Shown here piece after piece: positions 39,484-50,591 of a DNA stretch of 64,000 nt. Origin of the DNA: Camelus ferus. Lineage: Eukaryota. The notes under the pieces are model-generated. The model was not told the DNA's origin and did no database searches. It worked only from the letters and a program-made list of their open reading frames with translations. Both the position numbers and the translations under genes were made by a program. The stretch spans positions 25,234,001 to 25,298,000 of the forward strand of contig NC_045711.1 of the NCBI RefSeq assembly GCF_009834535.1, written 5' to 3'. Each line of letters begins with the position of its first letter. The stretch's first letter is position 1.

Positions 39484-39724
39484 TGGGTGGACTGGCACAG
39501 TCACCCTGCCCTCCCTCCCAGGCCCAACCCTGGCTCTCCTGCTGGTCATCCCTGGGGCCGGGAGGGCACAGGCCCTTGCCCAGTGAGTGTGGCTCTGCCA
39601 CTGGTGGTGGACTTGGAATGTGGAGGCACTGGGCGGGCAGCGAGGTGGGGAGTTCATGCCAGGGGTCCTGGGGATCACTGCCCTGCTTGCTTTTCTGGGT
39701 TTCAAGGACTATCTGGGGGAAAGG

Positions 39725-39730
39725 AATAAA
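39725..39730 (+). terminator. Candidate FADS6 polyadenylation signal
   Basis: AATAAA about 240 nt after the stop; usage unverified. Confidence 0.45.
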
Positions 39731-40657
39731 GGTGGCTGGGCATTATGGTTAGTCTGGACCTCCATCAACTTCATCTCAGGACTAAACAGCTGGATTTCTC
39801 CCCTGCTTGCTCTGAGCCTTGGTAGGGCTAAGGGATGGGGTTAAGGAGAGTCCCTATGTAGGGAGAAGGCTAGTAGGGGGCGCTGAGAGAGAAGGGTCAG
39901 CCCCCTGGGTAGGGCTTCCATGGCGCCGGGAGCCCCACACTTAGCTACTGCTTCTTCCTGTGCCCTTTTGAGGTTCTGGCCCCTAGGGAGCCCTCTCCAC
40001 AGGGACCACAGGGAGCGATTACTTTTGGCAGACCTTCCGAGTTTTTCAGCCAGGAAGCCTGTGCGGGACACTGGCCCAGCAGCTCCCCAGATCCACAGCA
40101 TCTGGGAGATCGCAGTGTGTGTTTTGTGGGGAGAGCACTCCAAGGGAAACAAGGGCAGAAATGGTGTAAATAGCTTTGCGCATGACCTTGGCTAGCTCCA
40201 GAAGTCTGCTTTCTTCCATGATGTTTATAAAGAGTGGAAGGATTATCCATTGAGAGAGAGAGAAATTACTGGCAGGGTAGCTGAGGCTGGAGGGGGGTTA
40301 TGGGAACATGGTTTGGAGGTCGGATGGCCTTAGAGAGAAGAGGGAGTGGGGGGCAGGGAAAGGTACAGACACCAGATCTGGGAGTCGAGGGCTAGGCTTG
40401 TGTATGGAAGGATGTGCTGCAGCCTGGAAGTGAGGCACTGTAAGTGCTGCAGCCAGAGGATGAGGTCGAGGGACTGGGGATGGTATCGAGACTCAGCCTA
40501 ACTGAGTCTCAATACCAAGGCCAACTTGAGAGGGGGCTGGGAGCTGCCCTGGCTGGGGGCTGGATGAGTGGGTGCAAAGAAGGGTCCAGCTGAGGCTGAG
40601 GGAGGAACAGAGAAGGAGCTGAGCCTGTGAGAAGAGGCCAGAGCAGTTAGTTTAAAA

Positions 40658-40866
40658 CAGGGTTTCCCACCTCAGCATCATCACATTTTGGCCAGATATT
40701 TCTTTGTCGTTGGGACCAGTCCTGTGCATTGTAGGATGTTCCCCAGCATCCCTAGCTTCTACCCACCTGGTTCCAGGAGCCCAAGTCATGACAATCAAAA
40801 ATGTCTGCAGACATTGCCAAATGTCCTCTGGGGAGTGGGGCAAAAATCATCTCCAGTTGAGAACAT
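40658..40866 (-). mobile_element. MER20 (hAT-Charlie)
   Basis: cagggtttc...tcctgtgcattgtaggatgtt...aaaaatgtctgcagacattgccaaatgtcc...gttgagaac. Confidence 0.9.
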
Positions 40867-41099
40867 GCAAGTCTGTTCTGAGTACATAATTGCCTTATTT
40901 TTCAGTGAAGTCCTTGGATGAGGCGAAGGGCACGCTGACCCTGACCATGGGGAGGCTAAATGCCAGCAGAAGGGGTGGCAGAGGAGTCAGACGGCAGGTG
41001 AAGGCATTCTCTGAGCCTGGTCCTGTTGAAAAAACCATCTCTGGTGTGGCCTTGGTTGGCTGTGCTGGCTACCTGTCTCCAGATCCATTCCCCTCTTCT

Positions 41100-41364
41100 C
41101 CACCCTGCCTTCCTCCCCCAAAGCCCACAGCTGCTGTCTGGCACCCTCTCCTCCAGCTACAGCTCTCACTGCTTCCAAAACAGCTCTCTCCTTTTGCTTT
41201 TTCAGGGCCTGGGGGGGAGTGGCTTCTGGCTGTTGCTTGCCCAGGAGTGCTTCACCATTTCTTTAATCCTGCTACACCTCTGTACAAAACCCCTTCATTA
41301 AACTCTCTTCAATCAGCCCCTTTGAACAGACCATCTGTTTCCTGTTGGGAGGCTGACTGATAGA
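41100..41364 (+). mobile_element. Old ERVL-class LTR 3' part (LTR33/LTR16-like)
   Basis: ccccttcattaaactctcttcaa...tttgaacagaccatctgtttcctg...ctgactgata. Confidence 0.65.
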
Positions 41365-42262
41365 GCAGAGTTTGGGATCCAAGCAGCCCTTTTGGAATGA
41401 CGCAGGTTTGGCAGCCTCCTGCTTTGCTATAGGTTACTGCTGCTCTTTGGAAATGCATTAGCAACTCAAAAATGGCCTTAAGTTCTGGGAATGCGATCAA
41501 TCAAACTGCTAATTCCCCATATGAAAAATGCAATGTCAGAAAAGGCCCCATTGCACAGTCCTGGCTAATGATTAAAACCATCCTAAAATGACTCACTGTT
41601 ATTGATCTGGGCCCAAGTGCGAAAAGGACTGCAGCTGGACACCCTGGTACCAGATGTGGCTGTACAACAGGCGCCCAGGAACAAGTCACTCCATCACTTT
41701 GAGGCTTAATTTTCTGTTGCTTGATTTCTCTGAGGATATGAGTTGGGAATGAGTGGGGCTGGTGAAATGAGGGGAGATGACAGGAGTGAATCAAGCCCTT
41801 CCAAGGCTCTGCAGTGACCTCAGGTCTAATTTACAGAGGCACGTCGGAGGTCATAACATTGATGATGATGGTAGCAAATGCCTGTTCAGAACTTGTGGCC
41901 CTTGTTTATCTATGCTACCTAATTTTCATCTTTACAAGAAGTTGGTACTATTTTCCCCTCACATTACGTATTGTGAAGATAAGCCTTGGAGAGATTAAAC
42001 CTATCAATGTCATATAGCTAGTAAGTGGAGGAAGAAAGATTCAAACCTAGTGTGTCTGATTCCAGAATCCTTTCTCTTAACCACCAGACATACTACCGCT
42101 GGGTAGGGAGCCCTATAGGGCTTTCTGGGGTTTCTGATCCTGAATCTCCTTCTGTTTCTCCCATGTGCGAGGATAACAAATGGATCATTAAGACAAACTC
42201 TTGATGAACTTCCATTATGTACCACGTACCGTGCAAAGCTCTGGGGATGTAAGAGTGAATGA

Positions 42263-42459
42263 TTTAGAGATTTGCAGATACTAACTACTATATGGAAAAC
42301 AGATAAACAACAAGTTTCTACTGTATAGCACAGGCAACTATATTCAATATCTTTTAGTAACCTATAATGAAAAAGAATATGAAAAGGAATACATGTATGT
42401 ATACGTATGACTGAAACATTATGCCATACACCAGAAATTGACAAAAAAACCAAAAACAA
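42263..42459 (+). mobile_element. 5'-truncated L1 insertion with 12-bp TSD inside an L2 fragment
   Basis: TSD aagagtgaatga (42251-42262) / aacagtgaatga (42460-42471); A-rich tail; flanks rejoin as L2. Confidence 0.85.
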
Positions 42460-42508
42460 AACAGTGAATGAAATTGGGCCCCAGTCTCCTGGAGCTTGTT
42501 GTCTTGTG

Positions 42509-42815
42509 CAGGAATTTACAAACTTTTCCAGTCAAAGGCCAGAGAGTAAATATTTTGTAGATGATACAGTCTCTGTCACAACTACTCAACGGCACCATCA
42601 AAGTGCAAAACAGCCAGAGACAATATGTAAAGAAATGAGCATCATTGTTTTTCAATAAAATTTTTAAAATTTTATGTAATTTTCACATTACAGAATATTA
42701 TTCTTTACAGTGTTTAAAAACTTTTTAAGAATGTAATACACTATGAACTTGTGGGTTGTACAAAAACAGGTAGTGGGCAGGATTTGGCCTGCAAACTGTA
42801 GTTTGCCTAATCCTG
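42509..42815. mobile_element. MER58B-type hAT-Charlie element
   Basis: TIRs caggaatttacaaac / gtttgcctaatcctg; degenerate 8-bp TSD gtcttgtg / gtcgagtg. Confidence 0.85.
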
Positions 42816-43004
42816 GTCGAGTGGGACAAGCACAAAACACAGTGGCTTATTAGAAGTCAGAGCAGTATTTACTTCTCAGTACCAGGGAGGGGAAGTGACT
42901 AGAAGGGGCACAAGGAACTCCTGGGGGTGCTGGCCATGTTCTATTTATTGATCTGTGTGGTGATCACATGGTTACATCTTGTGATGATTCGTCAAACAGT
43001 ACTT

Positions 43005-43237
43005 TCTTTTCCTATTTACTTATTTACTTTTTTAAAAACACCTTTATTGTGGTATGATTCCTGTACAGTAAACTACACATATTTCAGATGTGCAATTTGA
43101 TGAATTTTGATAGATGTTTACACCAGTGAAACCACCACCACCACAATCAAGGTAGCAAATGGAGATACCAGGGATTGAACCCAGGACCTCATGCATGCTA
43201 AGCATGCACTCTACCACTAAGCTATACCCTCCCCCCA
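43005..43237 (-). mobile_element. Composite retroposon: tRNA-Ala(AGC)-like vic-1 SINE head plus ancient L1M 3' end, inserted in an L1ME-type fragment
   Basis: Box A TAGCTTAGTGG, box B GGTTCAATCC; perfect 13-bp TSD tcaaacagtactt at 42992-43004 and 43238-43250. Confidence 0.85.
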
Positions 43238-43282
43238 TCAAACAGTACTTATAATTTGTGTGCTTTTCTGTTTGTTACACTT

Positions 43283-43734
43283 TGTAAAGAAAAAAATGTT
43301 GCCTGCTATTCCAGTTCTACAAGGATCAAGCCATTAGTCACTGTAGTCACTCACCGACTGTTCCCTGAGGGGAATTCAGGATGGGGAAAAACAGAAAGCA
43401 TTCTGCAATGATTTGGATATACAGGCCCCTAGATAAGTTACATATTTAAGAGAAAAATGTCAATGATCCTAGATTCTTCCATCTTCCCATATATGGAAAA
43501 GCACTAAAATCATTAACTCGAGTTATCTGTTCTGTGTGATGAGCAGTAATCTTTTTATGCTTGACTTCATGTTTTTCCCAGCAAGAAAAAAAGTTTATAT
43601 ATATCTTGACTCCTCCCTTACCTCTTTGGAGCAGTTTCTCAGAATAATCCGAGAGCCTGTCTCCTGGGCTACAGTTCTAAGATCTCAGAATAAAACTTAA
43701 TTCACAACATTGTGCATTTTTCTTTCAGTTGACA
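43283..43734 (+). mobile_element. Solo ERV1-type LTR (452 bp)
   Basis: TG...CA termini (tgtaaag...cagttgaca), 4-bp TSD actt/actg with one mismatch, TATA-like tttatatata near 43594-43603, AATAAA 43689-43694. Confidence 0.75.
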
Positions 43735-43879
43735 ACTGCAGTAAATAAGATAATTAAAAAGCTATAAAGCAGTATAATAAGTAATGATGGGCTGGAGTGT
43801 TGAGGGGACAAAAAGGGGCCCTAACCCAGCTTGGGAGAGGATGGGTCAGGGAAGGCATCTCCAAGGATGTGCTTGACAA

Positions 43880-43880
<1 letters not shown>

Positions 43881-43922
<42 letters not shown>
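43881..43922 (+). repeat. G42 homopolymer
   Basis: 42 consecutive G; shorter runs at 399-410 (G12), 1788-1802 (G15), 14940-14951 (G12). Confidence 0.9.
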
Positions 43923-43923
<1 letters not shown>

Positions 43924-44189
43924 CGGCGGAGGGAAGGTGGCTTCAGAATTATTGGGTTAGATGTGACCACAGATCCTGTCATTTAAAAGTCCATTTTGTT
44001 CATCATGGATTTTTTTTGGAGATCTAGCTTTGTCCTTAGTACGAAGGGCAAGCAGCTCCTCCTCTGTTCCCTCACCTACGTAAAGGGGAGGATGGTTAAG
44101 CAACAAGATCTTCAAGGTTTAAAATTCTCCCGGGCCTGACCTGGACAGCATCTTGCCGGGGCCAAATCTGTACAATGCTCGGCATCGGA

Positions 44190-44768
44190 GAAAGGGGTGG
44201 CCAAGGTCCTGGCGGGAGACTCTTTTTTGCAGACTTCCGGACTCCGTGATTATTACCCAATGGGCAGGGAGGCTCGCTTGGGCCTGGCTTGTGATTGGCT
44301 GGGACGCGGTGGGGAACGCCATCAAATCGGAAAGGGGCCTTGCGTCATCAGAGAGAGTCGAGAGCCTCCGAGAGGGAGCTGCTAAGTAAAGTAAGCTCCT
44401 TTTTAATTGGCTCCCTCTTTCAGGCGGCATTGAAACAGCAATGGGGATTTGCTCTCTTCCAACCCTAGGCTCCAGATAATCGGAGAGACGTTGAAGATTG
44501 GGGAGAAATTTATTGAGTCACGTACGGCCCGGAAGCCATGGGGGGCGGGTCTTCAGCAGAAGTGGGTGGGCCCGAGAGGGAGGGATTCTTTTGGGGCTGG
44601 GGGTGGAGTCGCTACTCAAGGCTTTCCCGGAGCGTGGGAGGCGGGATTTGGGGGCGGGCCCCCGATTGTGGGCGTGGTCGGAAGAAGGGCGGGGGCGGGG
44701 TCGGAGCGGGCGCGGAGCACGGGGTAGTCTCCGGGATAGGATCGGCTGGCCGGTTCCTGTTTCTAGGC
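44190..44768 (+). promoter_or_regulatory. FDXR promoter (CpG-rich, CCAAT boxes, CRE-like element, GC boxes)
   Basis: ATTGG at 44294 and 44406, TGCGTCA 44341-44347, GGGCGG at 44652, 44687 and 44693, directly upstream of the ATG. Confidence 0.7.
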
Positions 44769-44847
44769 ATGGCTCTGCGCTGCTGGCGCTGGTGGCACTG
44801 GTCAGCGTGGCCTCGGAGTCGGCCGCCTCCTTCTGGGAGCACCCCGA
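44769..44847 (+). CDS. FDXR: Ferredoxin (adrenodoxin) reductase exon 1, mitochondrial transit peptide ([20 protein letters not shown]...)
   Basis: aggcATGG start, GTAGGA donor at 44848, 79 nt; Arg/Trp-rich presequence without acidic residues. Confidence 0.93.
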
Positions 44848-45616
44848 GTAGGAGCAGGACACCTCTAGGTCTGGATAAGAGCGCGGGGACGCCTGCGAGC
44901 GCGAAGTGTAGGGGTCGAGGCCGAGCTGGGGCAGGGCTGGAGAGGGGAGAGGGAGGGACCAGGGTCGAGACTGGAGGGGCCCACTCATGCAGATAAGATA
45001 GGGGTGGTGTACAGGGGCAGATGGCGGCCCATGCGGTGAGATACGAGGCTCCTGGGGTGAGACAGGGGTCAACAAAGGTGAGAAAGGAAGACCGTGATGT
45101 CCACAGGTGTGAGGAGTGTATGGGGATGATACAGAGGCCTGTGGGGCAAGAGGGAAGTCTGGGGCCCAAAGGGGCAAAAACGGGCTTTGTGATGAGAGAG
45201 GGACTAGAAGAGGTAAAATGGGGCATTGTGGGGAGATCTACAGGGGTGAGACTGGGATGATCTGGAGTCTGTTGGAAGGATGTGGTATTCTAGCTGGGTA
45301 GGTAGGGAACCCAGTAAGAAAAATTAGAAAGTACTGTGTAGGGCAGCCTCAGGGGTGAAGGGAATTATTGAGTAAACTATCTTCAGTGGTACAGTAAGTT
45401 CACAGGTGAGATGGCAGCTCTGGATGGAGACAAAGCCTCTGGGGGTTCAGAAGAAGTAAGGGACCCTGCAGACACCAGAGCTTTGAGGAAGAAGGGAAGG
45501 AGGGTGCAGATGAGGTTGAAGCCTGGGAGGCTCATCTTCTGTTCCACACTGAAGTTGGTTTGGGACTGGGGAGGGAGCCTTGACCTGACTTTCCTTCCTG
45601 GTCCCCCCAACCGCAG

Positions 45617-45714
45617 GCTTCTGCCAGCAGTTCTCCACCCAGGAGCAGACCCCTCAGATCTGTGTGGTGGGCAGTGGCCCAGCGGGCTTCTACACAGCTC
45701 AACACCTGCTGAAG
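45617..45714 (+). CDS. FDXR: FDXR exon 2, FAD-binding motif [12 protein letters not shown]
   Basis: aaccgcAG acceptor, AAG|GTAAGC donor, 98 nt. Confidence 0.96.
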
Positions 45715-48700
45715 GTAAGCCACTTCCTCCTGCTTCCCTTTCCCATAATTCATCTGCTGCTCCAATCCTAAGATCAAGCCCCACTCTCTTTTGGTTTGAA
45801 AAACACTCCTGGATCCCTGATGGGGAAGGGGCTCCTGGCCTATCTAGATGGGACACTTCCTACCTGCTTTATCACCTACATCTGGGGCTCCCCACTCTAG
45901 GGTCTCAGCTGTGGGAGAAGTGTGTTTGCCTCATGGGTGATGGTCAGTGGTCCATGGCAGATGGTGGGCTATGCCTTCTTGACCAAGTACTCCACAGAGC
46001 TTATGTACACCGGCACGATGATTTTGTCCTGCCCCTCATCTTCCCTTCTTTCTCCTCTGTCTCCACTCTGTCTCCAACATTCTGCATCTTGCGGCTACCC
46101 TTCTTCTCAGGGCTTCTGTAACTTGAGGCACCTCGCCATCCTCTCCTCACCAGCTGCTCCAGCCCTTCCTGTGCCATGCTGGTCTTTCAGCTGGCCCCAC
46201 CTCCCTATTCCCCCCCACCCCACACTCATGGTCAGGGTCTCAAGGTTTATAGTGTTGGCCTTCGTGGGCAGGGCCCCAAGGCTGCTGGTTGCCCTTGAGA
46301 CTTCAGCAGATCTTGGTGGGAGGGAGGAGGGAGGGAAATCATGGGTTGGGGTGGGGGGAGGGTGCGGGAGACCTAGGATGACTAAGACATAGGACCGTGG
46401 CCTTGCTGAGGAGAGACAGGAGAAGGGATGAATATATTAATTATACACACACATATACAGATACTTCAAAGGTAGGGTGACCCACCTCACCAGTTTGCCC
46501 AGGACATGAGGCTTTCAGTGTTAAAACTGAGAGGGTCTTGGGGAGACTAGGAGGAGTTGGTCACCCTGCTGAAAAGTGACCTAAGCATGCCTTCCAAGCC
46601 ACCGAGGTGATAGAGCTGATTGCGGTGATGTGGTCAGCCTGAGCCTGGTTAGGTGGGGTTGGACAGAAAGTGTTTCCTGGAGAAGGTGTTTGAGTTGCAT
46701 GGAAGGAGGCTGGGCTCTGGAGAGGGCCTCCCCTGCATGGGGAGTCATCCTGGGGCAAATTTTCACGTGTTAGGTCAGCCCTGGGCTCTGGGATGGAGAC
46801 CAGGGATCTCATAGGGGCTGGAGAGGGCTTTCTGTAAGGGGCACTGTGGGAGCTGAGCCTGAATTGGGGGAGGGAGGAGACTGGGCCTTCCAGGCAGGAT
46901 TCTCAGTGCCCTCAGTGTGAACAGAGGCTCTAGCCTGCACTCAGCTGGCAAACACTTACACACTTTTCCTGTGGGAGGTGCTGGGGGATGGACCCAGAGA
47001 CCAATTACAAGGTGGTCCTTGCCCACTGGGAGCTCCAAGCTATTGTCTATGCTCCCGTGGCAGGAATGTAGGCAACACGTTTGGGACAGTGGCACTTAGC
47101 TTAGTCAGGCACTGTCTGGACAGCATCTCATCGCATCCTCAAGACAACTTGTGAAGCATGTGTCATGAGTGTTGCTTCACGGGTGAGGACACTGAGGCTG
47201 AGCAAGATTGCCCAAGGCCCCACCACTGAGCAGGGAAGGCGCTGCATTCTGAGCACGGGCAGTCCGACGACAGAGCCGGCTCATAAGCACCATGTGGGCC
47301 ATTCAGTAATCAATCACAGGACACTAGCACATTCCCAGGCACAGGCACTGCACTGGGAATGCGGGTGTGAGCAGGACAGATGTGGTCCCCATGCTTAAGG
47401 ACCTGACAGTCTAATGTAGGGAGGGGAAGAGGCTTTGCATGGAATTCTAGGGCTCTGATGTAGGGGCAGAGGGCATGTTCAGGAGTGGGCACATAACTCA
47501 GCCTGGAGGAGGTGATGTTCAGGTTGCTGTCTGAAGGACTGAAGGAGCTGTTGGATGGGGTGGGGGTGGGTGGGTAGGAGGCTAGAGGGCCCCAGGCACA
47601 GAGAACCGCAGGACAAAGACCTGGAGGAAAGAGAGAATGCGGGTCTGGGGACAGGTGAGTTCAGGGAGGTAGGCGTGTGCAGTGAGGATGGAGAGGTGAT
47701 TGCAGAGGCTGGAGGAGGTAGGTGGGCCCAGATCCTGGGGGCTTGGAAGTCACTGATCAGCTTGGATTCACGCAGTTTCTCTTGGTGCTGTCTGCCCTCC
47801 TCCCTCTATCCGAGCCCCCTGGGGGACTTGTTAAAACTCACATTTCTGGGCCTAGTTTATACCTAATCAGACTGTGGCTGAGGCCCAGGAATCAACATTT
47901 GTAAACAAGCCCCTGGAGAGGTCTGCTGCCTGTCACTCTAGGTGGCTAGCATCACCAAAGTGTTTTAGGCAGGGACTGAAGGCTCACCATATTTGATCTG
48001 GAGCTCTCTCTCTGCCTGCAGGGCAGACAGCAGGGCGGGGAGGCAGGGCCGTGGGCCGGGAGGGCAGTAGGGAGCTGCTGCGGTGGCAGTGGGGAGGGTG
48101 GCGGTCTGATTGGACAGAGTTGAGGGGAGTCAGGGAGGAGCCCCAGATTCTGGCTTGGGCTCTGGGTGGATGGGGTGGAAGGAAGCCCAGGAGCAGAAGG
48201 GGAGAGGTTTGGGGGAGGGGGTACTGGCTCTCATCTGGATGGACATCAGGTGTCTGGGGTGAGCTGTCCAGGGGTCTCAGGCTTGGTGACAGGTCTGGGC
48301 AGGAGAGAGAGAGTAGAATGCCATCAGTAAGTCCACGGGGAAGAACCTCAGAGAATATTTTTTTAGCGGGGTGGGGAGGGCAGAAGAAAAGGGGCCTGGA
48401 AAAGAGCAACCAGGGGGTTGGAGGGAACTGCGAGAGTTAGGGAGGAGAGGCTTCCTGGAAGAGGAAGCCAGCTGTGTGAGAACCAGTAAATAGGTCCAGC
48501 GGGTTTAACCTTATAGAAGTGGCCTTGGAGAGGGCCATGTGACCTGGTGGGAAGGGTCCATAGCAGGAAAGAGGGGAAGATAAGATGAGAATTGGACTGT
48601 GCATGGTACTGACCTCCAGGCTAAGCAGTTTAAACTTTGTCCCATGGCCGGGCAGCCAGGGAAGTTTTGTTAGGAAGGCTGAGTCATACAACACGACAGC

Positions 48701-49999
48701 AGCTGCAGTGGTGGTAATGGCAGCAGCGGTCAGGCCCTGGGGCTCAGTGTGCAGGCCTTGCTCATTTAATCTTGAGCATCACCCCAGAAGGAATGTGCTG
48801 TTGCCCAGAGAAGTTAAGAAATATTCCAGGGGCAGCACGGAATCAGATAGCAGAGGGCCTGGGCTGGCCCCCTCCGTGGTTGACTCCAAAGTTGCAGTTC
48901 TTCTGCGGGTATCATGTCAGTGGGGCTGGAGGGAGATGGTTCTGGCGCCACCTGCGGCTGGTCCGGGTAGGGAGAGTCAGGAGACACGATGCACGGGTGG
49001 GTGGGCAATGGGGGCCTGGACTTGGGTGCAGGCAGTGGAGTAGAAGGGAAGAAGGGATGTGGACGGAGGCAAAGAGGTAAGTGTGAGGCCTGCTAGATGG
49101 CAGGAGCTCATTTTCTTTGAGTCCATTGCATTGGGAGTATTGAATTGGGCAGGAGCCGAGATGGGGGTGTGAGGCAGGGCAGTGACATCCATAGGGGTCC
49201 CGACTGCTTGACTCTGAATCTGCTTGTGGCCCAGAGTCTCTCACCATCCTGACTTCCTGATGATTCACAGCCACCCCGAGAGTGTCCCAGTTTGCAGAGG
49301 AAGAGACTGAGCCCCAGCAGATCCTGGGACTTGCCAGGGCTATGTGGCTTTTTGGTAGCAGAGCCAGACCACACGTCTGCCCAGACCCATGCCTTCCCTA
49401 CGGCTCTTGTAGGTGCCCCGAGGAGCAGGCAGTGTGGGACTGACATGTGAGTGACATTGCTTTCTTCTAAGACAAAGAGTAAGGCCACTTCCATCTCCCT
49501 TTGCCTGCCTTATACTCCAGCTGTGTCCCCAACTCTCTGTCCTGCTGGTCCTCTTTCCAACAGAATGGTCTTGGAGACTAAAGCTAAGGCAGGTATGGAT
49601 TTCAGAAAGTGGTTCTCAGGGCATCAGATGGGCTGGGCAATTCTCAAAGTGTCCAGGAGTTCTAGTGCAGGGCAGTGTATCACGCCGGACCCAAGCAGTT
49701 GACGAAGCTCCCCTGATACAACTCCAGTGGAGGGCGAGCTGCCGCCTTCCTTCGCTGGCCGGGGTTCTCCCTGTCTCGCTGGGCTGGCAGTCCTTGCAGC
49801 CTGGCCTCGGCCATCCTGGCTCTGTGCTGCCAGTTCCTCTTGTCTGGCTCTCTAGGAAGACGGGGACTTTTCTCCTTGCAGAGGGTCCTTGTGTCCTCAG
49901 CCCACTGAACTGGGCTCTCCTGCTCTGTCCTGGGAAGGGCAGGACCCGTAGGGGCCCAGCCTCACCCTCAGCCCCACCAGCTGCCGCCCTCTCCCCCAG

Positions 50000-50095
50000 C
50001 ACCACCCCCGGGCCTGTGTGGACATCTTCGAGAAGCAGCTTGTGCCCTTTGGCCTGGTGCGCTTTGGTGTGGCGCCTGACCACCCGGAGGTGAAG
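50000..50095 (+). CDS. FDXR: FDXR exon 3 ([32 protein letters not shown])
   Basis: ctcccccAG acceptor, AAG|GTGGGT donor, 96 nt. Confidence 0.96.
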
Positions 50096-50294
50096 GTGGG
50101 TGTCTCTGGCCTCAGAGCAGGAGTTTGGAGGCTGCGGTCAAGGTGAGGAGGGAAGGGAGGCTCCCGGGCCGCACGGAATGACCCCAGGCCCTCTGCTGTG
50201 GATACCACCTAGGATTTTGGGGGGTGAGGGTGGCACAGCCATGGTCCCCGGAGCTGCCCCATCATCTAACCCCTCCCACTCTGGGGCCCGGCAG

Positions 50295-50417
50295 AATGTC
50301 ATCAACACTTTTACCCAGACGGCCCGCTCTGACCGCTGTGCCTTCCATGGCAACGTGGTGGTGGGCACGGATGTGACTGTGCCGGAGCTGCGGGAGGCCT
50401 ACCACGCCGTGGTGCTG
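50295..50417 (+). CDS. FDXR: FDXR exon 4 ([11 protein letters not shown]...AYHAVVL)
   Basis: cggcAG acceptor, GTGAGT donor, 123 nt. Confidence 0.95.
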
Positions 50418-50591
50418 GTGAGTGCAGCCGGGTGGGCGGGGCCACCGCCGTGGCGCGTGGCAGAGGGCTGGGAGACAGGGTGAGGGCCAGGGTGGAAGCT
50501 ATGGAGGAGGAGCTGGAAGGAGGCTGCTGGGAGCCTGGTGGGGTCTGCCTGGCCCCTTAACTGGTGCTGAGGCCTCTGGGTCTTTCCTCAG

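Noticed and set aside
43160-43236. Apparent tRNA-Ala(AGC) gene on the minus strand
   Set aside because: Extra 5' G-run, A-C mismatch in the acceptor stem, weakened T-stem with G-T pairs, and location inside a TSD-flanked insertion show it is a SINE head, not a functional tRNA.
43797-44027. ORF with a poly-glycine tract
   Set aside because: Translation of the G42 homopolymer from a non-ATG start.
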